From contig OX597827.1 in NCBI GenBank assembly GCA_951406725.2, positions 66,898,001-66,962,000 of the forward strand: a stretch of DNA of 64,000 nt. The letters run 5' to 3'. Made by a program: the position numbers and the translations under genes. Positions 11,287 to 25,481 of the stretch are shown in pieces. The notes beneath the pieces are model-generated. The model was not told the origin of the DNA, ran no database searches, and saw only the letters and a program-made list of their open reading frames with translations. The DNA comes from Octopus vulgaris. Its lineage: Eukaryota. Each line of letters starts with the position of its first letter. The stretch's first letter is position 1.

Positions 11287-12616
11287 CAAAATTTCTAAAA
11301 ATTCTTGTGTATGTCCAGTTACGTAGCGTGGAATTTGACCACCCATGTTTAAAAACATAAGGTTCAAAAACACTTTTATAAAGTGACTTTGACTATGTGC
11401 CTCGATCTTCTGGCATATCATACACGTCCATGCTACACACTGTGTGTCTCATATATGTATAATCATTATATACGTATATATTTGTATCCACTGTTCTTAA
11501 CTTATTTAGTCAATAATCTGTAGTTAATTTTCAACAGTAGATCAGCCAGCTTACAGATGCTGTTTACACATTTGATATCCATAGGTATCGGCATTCCAGT
11601 CTATATTTGAAGGTAGTGTTTATCTAGAAAGATAGTGGAGATCTCTGGTTAATAATGGCACTAAGCTGAACAAATTCTCTTCGGAGCAGGAGGCAATTTA
11701 ATGGAAAATGATAATGAAACCAACTGGTAAAGGTGGACGTGACTAATTGAACCAGCCTAACACACTGATTGAATTACTGGTAATTACAAAGTATTGACAT
11801 TTTGTCTTCTTCGAAATGTAATGACTTTGGCTGGCTAATCAAAAATATACCCTTTGTTGGGTGGTAAAGGTGATATGCAGACGATAAACATATGACGAAC
11901 TTAACCTTTCGCTTACGGAAAATTTCAATTCAATCATTGTGTCGCCATTTTTCTTTCATCAATTTTCTTTCTGTTCTTTTCTTATTCTGTCTATTTTTCT
12001 TCCTCTTCTTTCTTTTCGCTACAGCCTAACATTGCACAAGTTCGATTGACTGCGTTAACTTTCTCTTTGAAGAGAAAGAAGATGTGACGAACTTGGAAAA
12101 TAAAAAATGTAAAGTAAAATAAAGCATCAAGCGTAAGATTTCTACATTCGTGTATTCATACAGTATATGGACTTTTGATCAAAGAATACGCAGACGTAAT
12201 GATAGAGACTTAGATGAATAGCTGATAATTAAATAAGATATCCACTTGGTGAGGATTAACTTGTTTGTGTGATCGGTTTATCGTAAACTGGATTGTTACA
12301 GTTGCCTAACAACCGTCACGTGCTGGTTTAATCAAAGAAACAAATTTTCGAGGCAAAGTTTATGCTGAGCTTGGCCAATACAACCGGAGATGTTGCGCTA
12401 TCGTTGTTGTGGCTTAGCTGCTAGTCAAAACTCCGCGGGGTAAAAACCTATCGTCAAAGTCATTCCATCCATGACTATTCAGCCTTTCTTTAAGCTATAT
12501 CTAGCATTACATTAATGCAACACTATTGCTTGCATATTATTTTCATTTGTAAGAAATTCTTGAAGTCTGTAGCGCAAGGACAAGAATACTTCATAAATTT
12601 TGAAACGCTTTTGTTT

Positions 12617-13195
12617 TCTTCTTCTTCTTCTTCTTCTTCTTCTTCTTCTTCTTCTTCTTCTTCTTCTTCTTCTTCTTCTTCTTCTTCTTCTTCTTCTTCT
12701 TCTTCTTCTTCTTCTTCTCAGGCCTCACGCCATTAGCCACAAAGAATAATCTCTAATTCGAGCCTACTCTAAGCTGATAAGAATGTGTGTGGCAACTTGA
12801 GGATCCTCCCACCACACGCGATAGACTGGTGGTTGCACGGGCGTGAAGGCTCCGTTGTTATCCTCATTCTGTAAACGGTGGCTTTTTAACGGGTGGAGAG
12901 CTGACCCATCCTGGGGTACAGAGGATTCGCAATCTAGACTAGGGTCTGAAAGTTTTACCACACCATAGATGGTTACACCATGGTTCTTCTGCTTTGTGGC
13001 AGAAGTAGGAAGAAAGAGTGAGAGAAAGTAGTGGTGAAAGTGTACAGCGGGATTCACCACCACCCCGCGCAGGAGCCTCGTAGACCTTAGGTGTTTTTGC
13101 GCAATAAATACTCATAATGTCCGGTGTGGGAATCGAAACCGCGATCTTACGACCGCGAGTCCGCTGCCCTAACCACTGGGTCATTGCGCCTCCAC
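12617..13195 (-). mobile_element. tRNA-derived SINE, family S3 (tail type C, ending in a long (GAA)n)
   Basis: Head GTGGAGGCGCAATGACCCAGTGGTTAGGGCAGCGGACTCGCGG...GTTTCGATTCCC. The body matches 25482-25956. The (TTC)n at 12617-12717 is its 3' tail. Confidence 0.85.
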
Positions 13196-14419
13196 ACGTT
13201 GTTGTTGTTGTCAATGTGACCACTGCTGTGATTTTCATCTTTGTTGCTAGTGTTCTTTTCATTCTTGTTTCTTTATTTCCGAGTCCGTTACTCATCAAAA
13301 CTATGTATGACTAGAAACGTTCAACCTATGCGTATATGAACTTTAGCTTTTCTGAAATAATATGTATTTGAGAGCATATTATCCAGTATTGCCAAGATTT
13401 CTGGTAAAACTAGGAATGAAAGCTTATTGAATTATTACACGAACGGATCAATATCCGTTCGGTTTCTGGTGGGTGAACTATTTTGTTAAAAAGAAAAAAA
13501 AAACCACAATAGCAACAGTGACCACAAAATCTGACATGTTTACTAAAATTATAGAAAAACTAGATATCTGTAATATTCAAGATGTTCGTTGCTTACAATA
13601 ATAAGATATTATATGGGTAAGAGAATGTGTGTTGAAAATTGATTAATGTACATAAAGAATAGCTATTCATAAACGCAACAGAAATGGAATATCACCAGCA
13701 GAACACACGAGAGTTTAACTATATTTTTTATCATAAAATACCGTTTGAAGACGTAATACTACAACTTGTAAGGAATATTCACACAAAAGCAATCCTTTCA
13801 CATATTTGACAAATATAAATACTATGCCACATCAAAATGTAAAACTCCAAGGCAGAGAGGTGATAAAAACCAATTTTATATCCAACCGCAAATTTTTTTT
13901 GCTATACAGTTTGCTATACAGTTTGCTATACAGACTCCTTATCATCTTCAGGTTTGTGATTAGATCCGACGCCATTAGCAATCATACAACTAATTATTAT
14001 GGATGAGTATGATTAAATTATCTGCCGTTCCTTGTATCTCAACTATTTCAAACAATATCAAAAGGTAATAAAAAAAGAGACCAATTAAACTGAAAGAAGG
14101 ATCTGTAATATTAACTTGAATACGGGAATAGAGAGATGCGCCAAAGATATACCGAAAACGATGCAAATTTCTTTTTTAAAAATATGAATTTAAATTTTGA
14201 TAATGAATAGAAGTATTGCAGAATAACTAAGACAAGGTCTTTGGAGCAGACAAAACTGATAAGATATATGATACGGAATTAAGAAAAATATTACCACCAG
14301 CGAAGAGACAGCTTAATATTAAAAATATGAGCTGAATGCCAAAAATAACATCGCAGTTATGAATATATAATCGATCACAGGCAGGAATTTCGATTTCATC
14401 ATAATAAAATTGTAATGTA

Positions 14420-14825
14420 CTTTTTTACTCTTTTACTTGTTTCAGTCAATTTACTGTGACGATGCGATAGCACCGCCTTTAGTAGAGCAAATCGACCACA
14501 GGACTTATTCTTTGTAAGCCTAGTACTTATTCCATCGGTCTCTTTGGCCGAACCGCTATGTTATAGGGATGTAAACACACCAGCATCGGTTGTCAGGCGA
14601 TGTTAGGGCGGGGGACAAACACAGACACAGAAACACACACACATATATATATACATATATACGACGGGCTTCTTTTAGTTTCCGTCTATCAAATCCACTC
14701 ACAAGGCTTTGGTCGGCCCGAGGCCATAGTAGAAGACACTTACCCAAGGTACCACGCATTGGGACTGAACCCGGAACCATGTTGTTGGTTAGCAAGCTAC
14801 TTACTACACAGCCACTCCTGCGCCT
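14420..14825 (-). mobile_element. tRNA-derived SINE, family S1
   Basis: Full-length match to the other S1 copies. Confidence 0.9.
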
Positions 14826-15296
14826 ATGTAAAGAATAATTTTTTAAAACAGTTGAGGTAGGATAGAATGGAATGAGACAATTGGGCGCAGCTGCTTCGAC
14901 GCTGGTGATTTAACATATTTAACTCGATATTGAACTTGTTTTCGTGACGGTACCTCTTGGCACTAGAATCACGTATTCCTACGCGTGCATAAACATACAC
15001 AATGAGGTAGATATAGTGACAGAAAGAGGGGAAGAGAATGTGGATGAAAGAGAGTGGGAGGGTGAGATATTACAATTTACAGTGTGGGGGAGAGATAGTG
15101 TGAGGCAAGGATAGTACAATTTCTCTCTCCTCATACGCATAAAGGAAAATATATTCACGCACGCTCACGCAGAGACTGTCAGAGAGCAAGAGATATAGAG
15201 AAGAGGAGAAATGAGAGACACATTCAAATGAAGTAACAATAAAGTGTGTGATGTAAATTTAATCAGCGTCGATTCAGCAACACCACACTGGCTGCT

Positions 15297-15605
15297 GTGG
15301 AGACGCAATGGTCCAGTGGTTAGGGCAGCGGACTCGCAGTCGAGGGATCGTTGCTTCGATTCCCAGACCGGGCGTTATGTGTGTTTATTGAGCGAAACCT
15401 CATAAAGCTCCACGAGGCTCCGGCAGGGGTTGGTGGCGACCCATGTTCTATTCTTTCGCCCCAAATTACTCTCACTCTCTCTTCCTGTTTCTTGAGTAAC
15501 GCTGCGATGGACTGGCGTCCCGTCCAGCTGGGGGGAACACATACGCCACAGAAACCGGGAAAGCGGACCCATGAGCCTGATTAGGCTTGAAAAGGACGCA
15601 TAAAA
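15297..15605 (+). mobile_element. tRNA-derived SINE, family S3 (tail type A, V-domain-like core)
   Basis: S3 head with a central CTGCGATGGACTGGCGTCCCGTCCAG resembling the V-SINE conserved domain. Confidence 0.85.
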
Positions 15606-15907
15606 ATATATAGCCTGCTCCATTACAGCTGCGCCAAAAAGTCTCCTACATACGATTCAACCATGCTCATTAAATTCCCAGGCTACCCTACTCTGAACTA
15701 TTAATATAACTTCGTCAATAGTGAAGGGAGTGCTCATGGTACTTTACACGGCCTGTGAGTTTGCTGCTAGTCGGAAAAGAATCTTCATACATAGATCTGA
15801 TTTACTACTTTTAAATAATTGAACTCGGCTAAAGTTATCCGAAGAAAAAGAGTTCTTAAATCGAGCAACGTATTAAATCTATCATACATAGAAGCCAAAA
15901 CCGGATT

Positions 15908-16779
15908 TATGAGGTACATTCTAGAACATTTGTGATTTATCATAACGAGACAGTTATAATTGTTCTAGATAATTGTAATTTTACTGCATCATTACCAAAC
16001 GTCTGTATGCCGATCTGCGGACTTTTGCTATTCCAGTTTGCAGGAGACGGTTGTGGCAGCGCTTTGAATACATCCTACGAAAAACTAATCGGGACAGTTG
16101 ACTAGTTTGCAGAATGCAGTTGTGATGTGTGAAAGATCGCTAAGCAATACCATTTTGTGTTATAACCTTGGCCAAAATGCTACAAAAGTTCACGAAATGC
16201 TCCAGACCACATATAGATTAATATTTATCGCAGGCACAAGGCATTTAAGGGTAGTAGATAGGATGTGAGAATCGATGAGTGGTGTGTGAGGGAAAGCATC
16301 GTCAAAACATCAGATTGGTTCAGAGAATTCGTAATTTTCTGGGTGAAGACCGTTGTATGTCTATAAAGACACGAAGCTTACAATTTGAAATTGATGTGGC
16401 AACTGTGCACGGAGTTAATGCAGATCTGAACTTGTGCAAAATTTGTGCAAAATTTGTTCCTAGAATGTGCAGTGATGAGCATCCTGGTAACCAACTACTT
16501 CACAGGGATAGGAATCAAAGCTGGCCCTACCATCACTGAGATTTTGTTTGTTCGTCACATAGAAGGAGAACTTCTGGAGCAGTCAATTTGAAGATGAAAG
16601 TGGCTGTGACAAGGGTCATGGACGCATTTACTTTAGAGAACTCCTATAGAATCTTCACAAATTAACCAGAGCGTTGAAACAAATGCAGAGGACCCTACTT
16701 TGAAACATGTTAGATTTTTGTATGAAATTACTAAATGCATTGCCTGATAAAGTCTGAAAACTTGTGGAATGTATCTTGA
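15908..16779 (+). mobile_element. Decayed mariner transposon
   Basis: Remnant translations ...FCYNLGQNATKVHEMLQ and ...EDRCMSIKTRSLQFEIDVATVH..DLNLCKICAKFVPRM (HTH plus WVPHEL-like motif). Degenerate TIRs GAGGTACATTCTA / TGGAATGTATCTT. Confidence 0.7.
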
Positions 16780-17295
16780 AAAATCAGACGGAAATTAGCC
16801 TGGATACAAACTATAGGACATCGCATTCGCGGCTATAACAATTTCACCAGTTTATCACTCTAAACAGAATTTTTATTTATCGAATCTGTAATAACGAGAT
16901 TCAAATTTGACTTCGACTAGATTTGAAAGCAGATCACATAGGAAGCTGGATGAAATACAGCAACGCACTCTATCCAATGATCCAACGATTCGGCCAATTT
17001 GCCGCCCAAGGGTTTATTAAGATAGGCACAATTAATTGCAATTGCTAATGTAAGTATACAGTTGAGTTCATTCAAGTGATATTCTTAATACCTTTAAATC
17101 CACAATTTTATACACGTAGTTATAAATATAGAGTCACACATAATATACACACGCACAGTATACGCACACACAAATATATACATATATTGACACAAACACA
17201 TAGATCATACATGCGCAGAGATGAATCTCCACCGTACGGCAATGTGGAAATGTATTGCTTATTTCTTTACTGCCCACAAGGGGATATTTTTCTTA

Positions 17296-17414
17296 AGCAA
17301 CGTGAAATTAAATGTTTTGCTCAAGAACACAACGCATCACCCGGTCCAGGAATCGAAACCACAATCTTACGATCATGAGTCCAACACCCTAACCACTAAG
17401 CCACGCGCCTCCAC
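17296..17414 (-). mobile_element. tRNA-derived SINE head, family S4 (partial)
   Basis: The reverse complement reads GTGGAGGCGCGTGGCTTAGTGGTTAGGGTG...GTTTCGATTCC and matches 21490-21610. Confidence 0.75.
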
Positions 17415-17732
17415 GTGGATTTGTATTGCTTTGATGACGTGAATATCCTCTTACTGTATTGACGTTTAAGTATAGGCGTAATCTGCAATTACGTGACGTT
17501 GACACGTAATAAATTCCGCAAGTTGATTTCGAATAATATTCTATGAAGAGGTTGCATCTTGTGAATTATAGGAATGATCGATCTTATGGACTTCCGTACA
17601 GTTTTGTCTGATCAATTTGTTTCACAAGATGGAGCGACACGAAGTAGGAGAAAATGACGCATGCGCAAGTTGTCATAGAATGCGAAGCAAGCTACTTAAA
17701 CTTTGAGCCTTAATACACTGCACACACACACA

Positions 17733-17800
<68 letters not shown>

Positions 17801-19735
17801 AACACGAAGACAGACAAATATACTCAAGCGTACGAACATATACACACAAATACACACACACACATATGGGTATAAATACGTGTGTATGCATATGTATGTT
17901 CGTATTGCAGGAGTGTTTGCTCTGGCTGCAACGAGCATGTGCGTGTATGCATGCGTGTATGCATGCGTGTGTACATGTGTGTTTGTGTACCTGTGTGTTT
18001 GTATGTGTGTGTGTGTATACAAGATTGTACACTATCTCTGCTAGGTGTGCAGTTACGTGACGTGGACACGTAATAAATTCCGCAAGATCGATCATTCAAA
18101 ACATGCTTAGACAGATTTCAACAGGAATATGCTAGTCGCCATATTATTTCGCCTTCGGAGAACAAAATCCGCGTTTCAAACGGAATAGAGTTACAACAGA
18201 GTCGATTCAGGATCGCCTGAGGGGGTTTCTGAAACACCGAGGTTTCGAAATGATTCTTTCTCTTCAGTCAAAGTTCCTACCGAATCACTGATTTAAAGAA
18301 CATTTTGGGTGATTTTTATTCATAATTTCAGCAAACAATTATTTGCTGATGCCTGGTTATGTATGCACACTAGATAATAAATTCACTTTCGAATCTGTTG
18401 GGAAGTGTTAAGACTGTGTATTTCCATTAGTGTTTTGTTTGTCGCTGATTTACGTGCTCATGATAACAAAGGAATGATGTATTTATTTTACACTTTTACA
18501 TTTCGAATTCTACTGAGAAAAACTTAATAGTTCAATCTCTCGAGGTCAATGATGTATGACCTTATCAAATACAGTAAACAAATAATTCAATTTACGCTAA
18601 TATGCGATTTTGTGCAAGAGTCAAAAACCGATGTCGACATTGTTTATATCTGGAGAAGCTATAAAATGCTTATATAAATTCTTCTCTAGAGAGGAAATTA
18701 CAAAATCAGTAAATTTTAAAATATATAAACCAGTTTAGCCAATTATTTTCCTGAAATAAATCTTTTTTTTTAAATTTTTTATGTTGCTATAATATTTATT
18801 TGAAGCATCCTTCAGTAAATCTTTGGAATATCTATTTCTAAATTAAAAGATAATAATGTGTTCTATAAAGATACGATAAAAGCTATGTTATTTCACCTAA
18901 CGCTAGGCAACTTTTTCCAAAGCTCTAACGATTCGGACAGTCTTTCTAATTTTGGTACATGCAGAGAAATTCTCAAGGGGGTGAGCAAATCAACTACATC
19001 ACCCCCGACTCTTGGCTGGAATTTACTATATCAAATTATGAAAGTCAGAAAATTCATAAATCGATTGTAGCGGGATGTGAACTCAACGTAATAAGTCAGA
19101 GAAAATAACGCAAAGCATTCAGCATTACCTGAGGTGGTAATCCTTCCTAACGTTGGTGTACATCGGATAGAATTTGGTGAGAATGAGATAATCGACAGCA
19201 TTGCTCTTAGTGCTCGAACGATTAATGTCGCTAATCACTTTCTCTAGGGCGCTAACAGTTTTACTAACGGGCAGCCATTTTAGCCCGTTCTATTAACTCA
19301 TCCTCGTTTTTGGCACAAAGCGAATAATATTAAGGGGAGTAGTTAAGTAGATTACATCGACCCCAGTGCACAGCTGGTCTTTATTTATCGGACCCGAAAC
19401 GATGAAAGGCAAAGTCATCCTTTGCGGAATTTTGAAAATTAAGATTATGACGCCGGAAGCAAGGTCACTAAGTCAGCTCAGCACACTAGGTAATGTAATG
19501 ACTGAATAACAGTTTTTTTAAAAAACAATGGAGACTGTCTCTGACGTAATAAGTGCGAAGAGACAAATGTTCTATCCAAAATTTCCCGGAGAAGTTTCAG
19601 GAGATTTGTGAAGGGATTTAGTAAACAGAAACTGAATGAAGCTCGTTGTATGTGTGTATGTATATATTATAGGTACATGTATGTATATACATGCATGCAT
19701 GCATACATACATACATACATACATACATACATACA

Positions 19736-19769
<34 letters not shown>

Positions 19770-19801
19770 CATACCTGCATACGTATATATATATATATAT
19801 A

Positions 19802-21015
19802 CAGGATGGGTGGCAAGTAACTAGGCATTAGAAATTGCTTATAGAACTTTTAGTATTACCGAAGTCATGACGAACACATCTTTTAAACAGACAACATCAA
19901 CGGGGATTTTTTTATATTCATATTGCCTTATTTCTTATTTCTTATTTTACAGATGGCTGGTCGCTTGACTGTTCAAGAGCGAGCTAATATAGAAGACTGC
20001 TATGAAGTGTGGAATTCCATTGTTTTGTTTCAGAGATGCTGGTTTGATAAGATAGGTACGAATGCGACACTACGCCCGGAGGCAATAAAAAGTTGTTAGG
20101 CAATGCTGACGACCACGGGTTCTGTGAACGATGCAAGAAAAAGTGGCTGTCTAACCACATTCCGATCAGCAGAGAACGTGGCCACAGTGCAGGAAGTATT
20201 TAATCGCAGCCCGCAAAAATCAACACGTCAAGCAACTCGTGAAAGTGGACTAACTAAACACACAATACGTAGGGTTCCTTCTCGAGCCATGCCTGGCTCA
20301 TAAGGGCCGGTTTCCCAGTTTCCTTGGTGTATAGGCTCCCCACCTGGACGGGACGCCGGTCCGTCGCAGGTGAGCTGCAAGATGCAGGAGGAAAGAGTGA
20401 AAGAAATTTGTGGCGAAAGGGTCAGCAGAGGTTCGCCATTATCTTTTGCCGGAGCCGCGTGCAGCTTAGGTGTTTCGATCATAAACACACACATCGCCCG
20501 GTCTGAGATTCGAATCCTCGATCCCTCGACCCCGAATCTGTTGCTCTAACCACTTGGTCATATGCCTCCAGAATACGTAGGGTGTTGCATAACGAATTCA
20601 ATTTTCATCCGTGGAAAGTGCATGACGCACAAGAGCTAAAACCTGAAGACTAATAGCATCAATCAAGAAGCCTAAAACTCTAAGAACTCCAGATCTCACT
20701 CCATGGGATGCTTACCTGTGGGGCTACACAAAAAAGAGGTGTACAAGACGAAACCTCGCACACTGGAGGACATGCAGATTCGGATTGAGGAGGTTCTCAA
20801 TGATATCCCAGACGACGTCCTTCAGAAGGCTATTCAGACCATCCCTGGCCGTTTGAGGAAAATAGTTGACACCACCAGTGCTTACGTTGAAAATGAAGAT
20901 TTACATTCATTTTCCCATGTAATAAAGAACACGTATCTTTTGTTTCTAAAAATTTGTAAAATGGATATGGATTTTATGACGAATTTTTGATGCATGCTTA
21001 CTTTTCACTCGCCTT
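19802..21015 (+). mobile_element. Decayed Tc1/mariner transposon with internal deletion, interrupted by an S3 SINE
   Basis: Transposase remnant from ATG 19953: MAGRLTVQERANI...TTGSVNDARKSG...FNRSPQKSTRQ...IRRV|LHNEFNFHPWK..QELKPED, then ..TPDLTPWDAYLWG / KKEVYKTKPRTLEDMQIRI. Degenerate TIRs. Confidence 0.8.
20276..20571 (-). mobile_element. SINE S3 (tail A) nested in the Tc1/mariner element
   Basis: 12-bp TSD AATACGTAGGGT at 20264-20275 and 20572-20583. Matches 43495-43812. Confidence 0.9.
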
Positions 21016-21270
21016 AAATATATCGTTGCTATTATGCAATAATGTTAGTCCAAAATGTTGCTTTTTCAGAAGACGAAAAAAATAGTTCCACCATTTCAGA
21101 GAAAAACCATTGCACTACTCTTTGACAATTATTGAAAACTTCACATCTGAACCAGCTGGAGATACGATAGTTTGACCAAAAGAATAGGCTATTGCAAGCA
21201 AAAACAAATATTGAAAAATATACGCATTTGGTCAAATGCAGTTGGACATATGACAGTTCAACATAAAAGT

Positions 21271-21337
<67 letters not shown>

Positions 21338-21364
21338 GTATATATAATAATAATAATAAATATT

Positions 21365-21610
21365 TCCTTCTTGAACCATGCCAAGCTGATGAGGGCCGGT
21401 TTCCTGGTTTCAAAGGTGTATACATTCCTCACCTAGATGGGACGCTTGGCGACAGCAGGATTCCTCACTTTTGCCAGCTGAGTGAACTGGAGCAACGTGA
21501 AATGAAATGTTTTGTTCAAGTACACAATGCATCACCCGGTCCAGGAATCGAAATCACAATCATACGATCATAAGTCCAACACCTTAACCACTAATCCACG
21601 CGCCTCTACT
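21365..21610 (-). mobile_element. SINE S4 with tail A-like 3' part
   Basis: The head matches 17296-17414 and the tail resembles 20276-20360. Confidence 0.75.
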
Positions 21611-21619
21611 GTGAGTGAA

Positions 21620-21770
21620 TGTGTGGTAAGTAGCTTGCTTACCAACCACATGGTACCGAGTTCATTCCCACTGCGTGGCACCTTGGGCAATTGTCTTCTA
21701 CTATAACCTTGGGCCGACCAATGCCTTGTGAGTAGATTTGGTAGACGGAAACTGAAACAAGCCCGTCGTA

Positions 21771-21830
<60 letters not shown>

Positions 21831-22032
21831 TGTGTATAGGTTTATGTGTCTGTGTTTGTCCCTCCAACATCGCTTGACCCCGATGGTGATGTGTTTACGT
21901 CCCCGTAACTTAGCAATTCGGGAAAAGAGACTGATAGAATAAGCACTAGGCTTCCAAAGGTCGATTTGCTCGACTAAAGGCGGAGATCGAGCATGGCCGC
22001 AGTCAAATGACTGAAAGAAGTAAAAGAGTAAG
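21620..22032 (+). mobile_element. tRNA-derived SINE, family S1
   Basis: Matches the S1 consensus, with an expanded internal (TA)n. Confidence 0.85.
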
Positions 22033-22056
22033 CGAGTATATATATATATAATATAC

Positions 22057-22087
<31 letters not shown>

Positions 22088-22751
22088 CAGACAGACAGAC
22101 AGACAGACAGAAAGACAGACAGAGAGTGAAGGCACGTAGCTTTGTTGTTAGATTGATCATATATATATATACACATATAGTTATGAATATATATATATAT
22201 ATTATATGCACATACGAATTGGGAAACATATATGAAGTGCACAAACGGAGGGAAAACAGACACACGGAATGGCTCTAACTTCCTTATCTGTTATCAACCA
22301 GACGGGATTACAGTTTTGCACCATTGTGTGTGTGTGGGGGAGTGTTCTTGTATGTGCATGTCTGTCTGTCCCTCACCACCGTCTGGTAACCGGTGTTTGT
22401 GTCTTTACCTCCCCGTAACTTGTCGATTCGAGATAAGTGGCCAATGGCAGAAGAACCTGCCCCACCCAAATAAATACGAAGGTTGATATATTGGGTTAAA
22501 ATTATGTGGTACCCGAGCATGGCTGCACTTTAATGACACAAACAAACAAAACGTAAGATAAAAGAATATATTTAATTTGTCACAGCCCTTTGGCATCGCT
22601 TATTTGTCGTCGCTGATTAGAGGCTGACCCATTTGACATCAGGCGTATTATTGCCTCTCTCATGTTAGTGCCTCTCACACACACAAACACACAAATACAC
22701 AACTCTCTCAACAATTAATACTAGTGTTGCTACTACTACTAATAATGATTG

Positions 22752-22943
22752 TTTCAGATTTTGCGACAAGGTCAGGAATTTTGGGGAGATGGAATGAGTC
22801 AATTACATCGATTCCTACTTTAAACTGGTACGTATTTTATCGACCACGAAAGGATGAAAGATAGAATCCACCTCGGTGGAATTTCAACTCAGAACGTAGC
22901 GCTAAGAAGTTCGTCCAGCGCGCTAATGATTCTAGCAGCTCGC
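22752..22943 (-). mobile_element. SINE family S2 (diverged)
   Basis: Contains the S2 core TTTATCGACCACGAAAGGATGAAAG...GGAATTTCAACTCAGAACG. Confidence 0.7.
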
Positions 22944-22970
22944 AATAATAATAATAATAATAATAATAAT

Positions 22971-23030
<60 letters not shown>

Positions 23031-24638
23031 TGATTGATACTTGACAACTAAAATAAAATTAGAAAGCATAATCAAGGTGTGAATGGAAATGCTAAGCGGT
23101 CTAATAGCCATCACGATCAATTCTGAGAATAATGTCTCCCGGATGTATGTCAACACGAACAGGTCTCATGAAAAACCGATCTTATCAAAAAGACTCATAA
23201 TCAACGACATTTGAAAGCAAATTACAAGGACGTCAGTTATAAATGTGAATATTGTGTATGTGCATGCATATGTGAAGTATTGTGGCATATGAAAACAAGT
23301 TACAATAATAATTTGTGTGTTGCAGCGATTTTTAAAAATTTCAATGCATGGCATTACGAATCAGATATGAAGAGGAATACAGGATACCATTAGTTTTATG
23401 AAAGGGTTTTATTATATGAAGATAAAAGGAATTATAAAAGGAATTATAAAAGTGGTTTAAAATTGGGATGGAAGCAGACCTTGCAATTTGCTGATCCGAT
23501 GGAAATGCACTGATGCGGTACATGAGAAGAAAAACATACCAGATTTGTCTTTTAAGTGTCTTTGTATTTACAACACACCGTAACAGTTTGTGGCATAGCA
23601 GCGAACTATTTGTGACACAAAATTATGTCTAAGCACAAAGATCTAGGCTGCATTGGGAATGATACAAACAGAGCATGAAAATAAAACCCTATAATAGACA
23701 ATAATGAATAACAAGTACCAATAAATATTATTGACGGAAATGTGGGTTACGTGAAGAAGTAGATAGGAGTTAAAACATAGAGGGTATTAAGAAAGTGGAT
23801 AATCAATAGAATAAAATGTAAGATAGTACAAAGAGCACAGGGAAGTAAGGGGTATTGTAGTTGTGGTAATGGTTATTGAAGAAATAGAAGAATATTAAAA
23901 AAGATCGGATGAGAAAGACCATGACAGTTGTAGTGATAGTAAAATGAATGTGAGAATGCGAGCAACAGAGTGAGGACAAAGGAAACAGAAAGAGGAAAGA
24001 GAAAATTATGCAGGATAATAGAGTAAAGGAGTGGTGGAGAAGAAGATAGTGAATTAGAAGGTGTAAATAGCGAGAAAGGACAATCGAAACGGCTGAGTAA
24101 CGGCCAACTGATGGATAGATAGACGGCAGTATTTATAGCGATAGGAAGGAGAAAAATAAGGTGAGGAGACAGACAGACAGACAGATAGACAGTGTGGCAG
24201 ACAAACAGACAGGGAGAGATAGAAAACAAAACACAGATGGGAGACGTTAATGCGTGATTAGGTATTGATGCTAATTCATAATTAGCGCAAGGAAAGCGGA
24301 AAGATATAAAGAAGAACATAGAAAATGAAAGAAGAAAGAAGATGAAGGTTGACTTGGCACAGCTGTGGAAGAAAACAAACTATCTTGACAATAGTAAATA
24401 AAGAGTTAACGAGACACTGAGGGAGCGTCAGCATAGCTGTCGCAACGTGGTAAAGTAGCGGCTAAAACTCCCAAACATCACATTACAGCCATCTGTAACT
24501 GAAAGGTCACGCCGGGTGTTGTGGTTCACACTTGAATGTAAATAGGGAGACTGGATGGTTCAGTCAGAGATGGCTTACCTATGATCAGATTCCTGCACCA
24601 GCATGTTTCACTTGGGGCCAACCGACAACGATGAAGTA

Positions 24639-25198
24639 TTGGGTTGTCCGGAAAGTTCGTGCCGATTTATAGCAGCTTACCTTTCCACTTATTTTAGAAC
24701 ATGGTTGAGTCCATAAAAGAGGATTTGACTACACCTCCATTTAGAGTACAGTTTAAGCTATCTTTTTATGGGAGAAGGTCTTTATTCCTATAACCTTATA
24801 ACCTGTGTTAATTCTGTAACCCTTTGAAATGGAAGATAAGAAAGTTCATTTTCAGCACTAGATGCTTTGGGAACCAGACAACAATTGCTGCAGTTCGACT
24901 GGGATGTGTTACCCCAGATATTGCTCCTTCGGATTTCTACTTATTCGGGTCTCTGCAGAATAGTCTTAATGGTGAAAATTTCAATTTCTTGGATGACGTA
25001 AAAAGATACCTTGATGAATTCTTTGCCATGAAACCACCTCAATTCTGGGAAGGGGGTATTTTTAAGTTAAAGGAACATTGTGCAACAAAATTGTGCAACA
25101 AAATGGTTCATATTTGGATGTTTAAAAATGTAATGGCAAGTATTTATTGACCTTTTTCCTTCCTTTAAAAATCGGCACGAACTTTCCGGGCAACGCAA
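24639..25198 (+). mobile_element. Internally deleted mariner transposon
   Basis: About 30-bp TIRs TTGGGTTGTCCGGAAAGTTCGTGCCGATTT / AAATCGGCACGAACTTTCCGGGCAACGCAA with TA TSDs. C-terminal transposase remnant PDIAPSDFYLFGSLQNSLNGENF...FFAMKPPQFWEGGIFKL. Confidence 0.9.
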
Positions 25199-25218
25199 TA
25201 TTAATAATTATTGAAATA

Positions 25219-25420
25219 AGGCGGTGAGCTGGCAGAAGCGTTAGCACGCCGGGCGAACTGTTTAACGCTATTTCGTCTCTCTTAACGTTCTGATTTCAAA
25301 TTCCGCCGAGGTCGACTTTGCTTTTCATTCTTTCGGGATCGATAAATTAAGTACCAGTTGCGTTAGTGGGGTCGATCTAATTCAAAGTTTCAGGCCTTGT
25401 GCCTAGAGTAGGAAAGAATA
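25219..25420 (+). mobile_element. SINE family S2
   Basis: Head GGCGGTGAGCTGGCAGAAGCGTTAGCACGCCGGGCGAA and core GGTCGACTTTGCTTTTCATTCTTTCGGGATCGATAAATTAAGTACCAG. Confidence 0.8.
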
Positions 25421-25481
25421 ATTATTTTCCTTTCGTTCATGGTTGTTGTTGTTGTCTTCTTCTTTTTCTTCTTTTTCCAAT

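Noticed and set aside
23150-23400. Possible C2H2 zinc-finger remnant (HNQRH...YKCEYC)
   Set aside because: Cys/His spacing is incomplete, there is no TGEKP linker and there are stops nearby, so evidence is insufficient.
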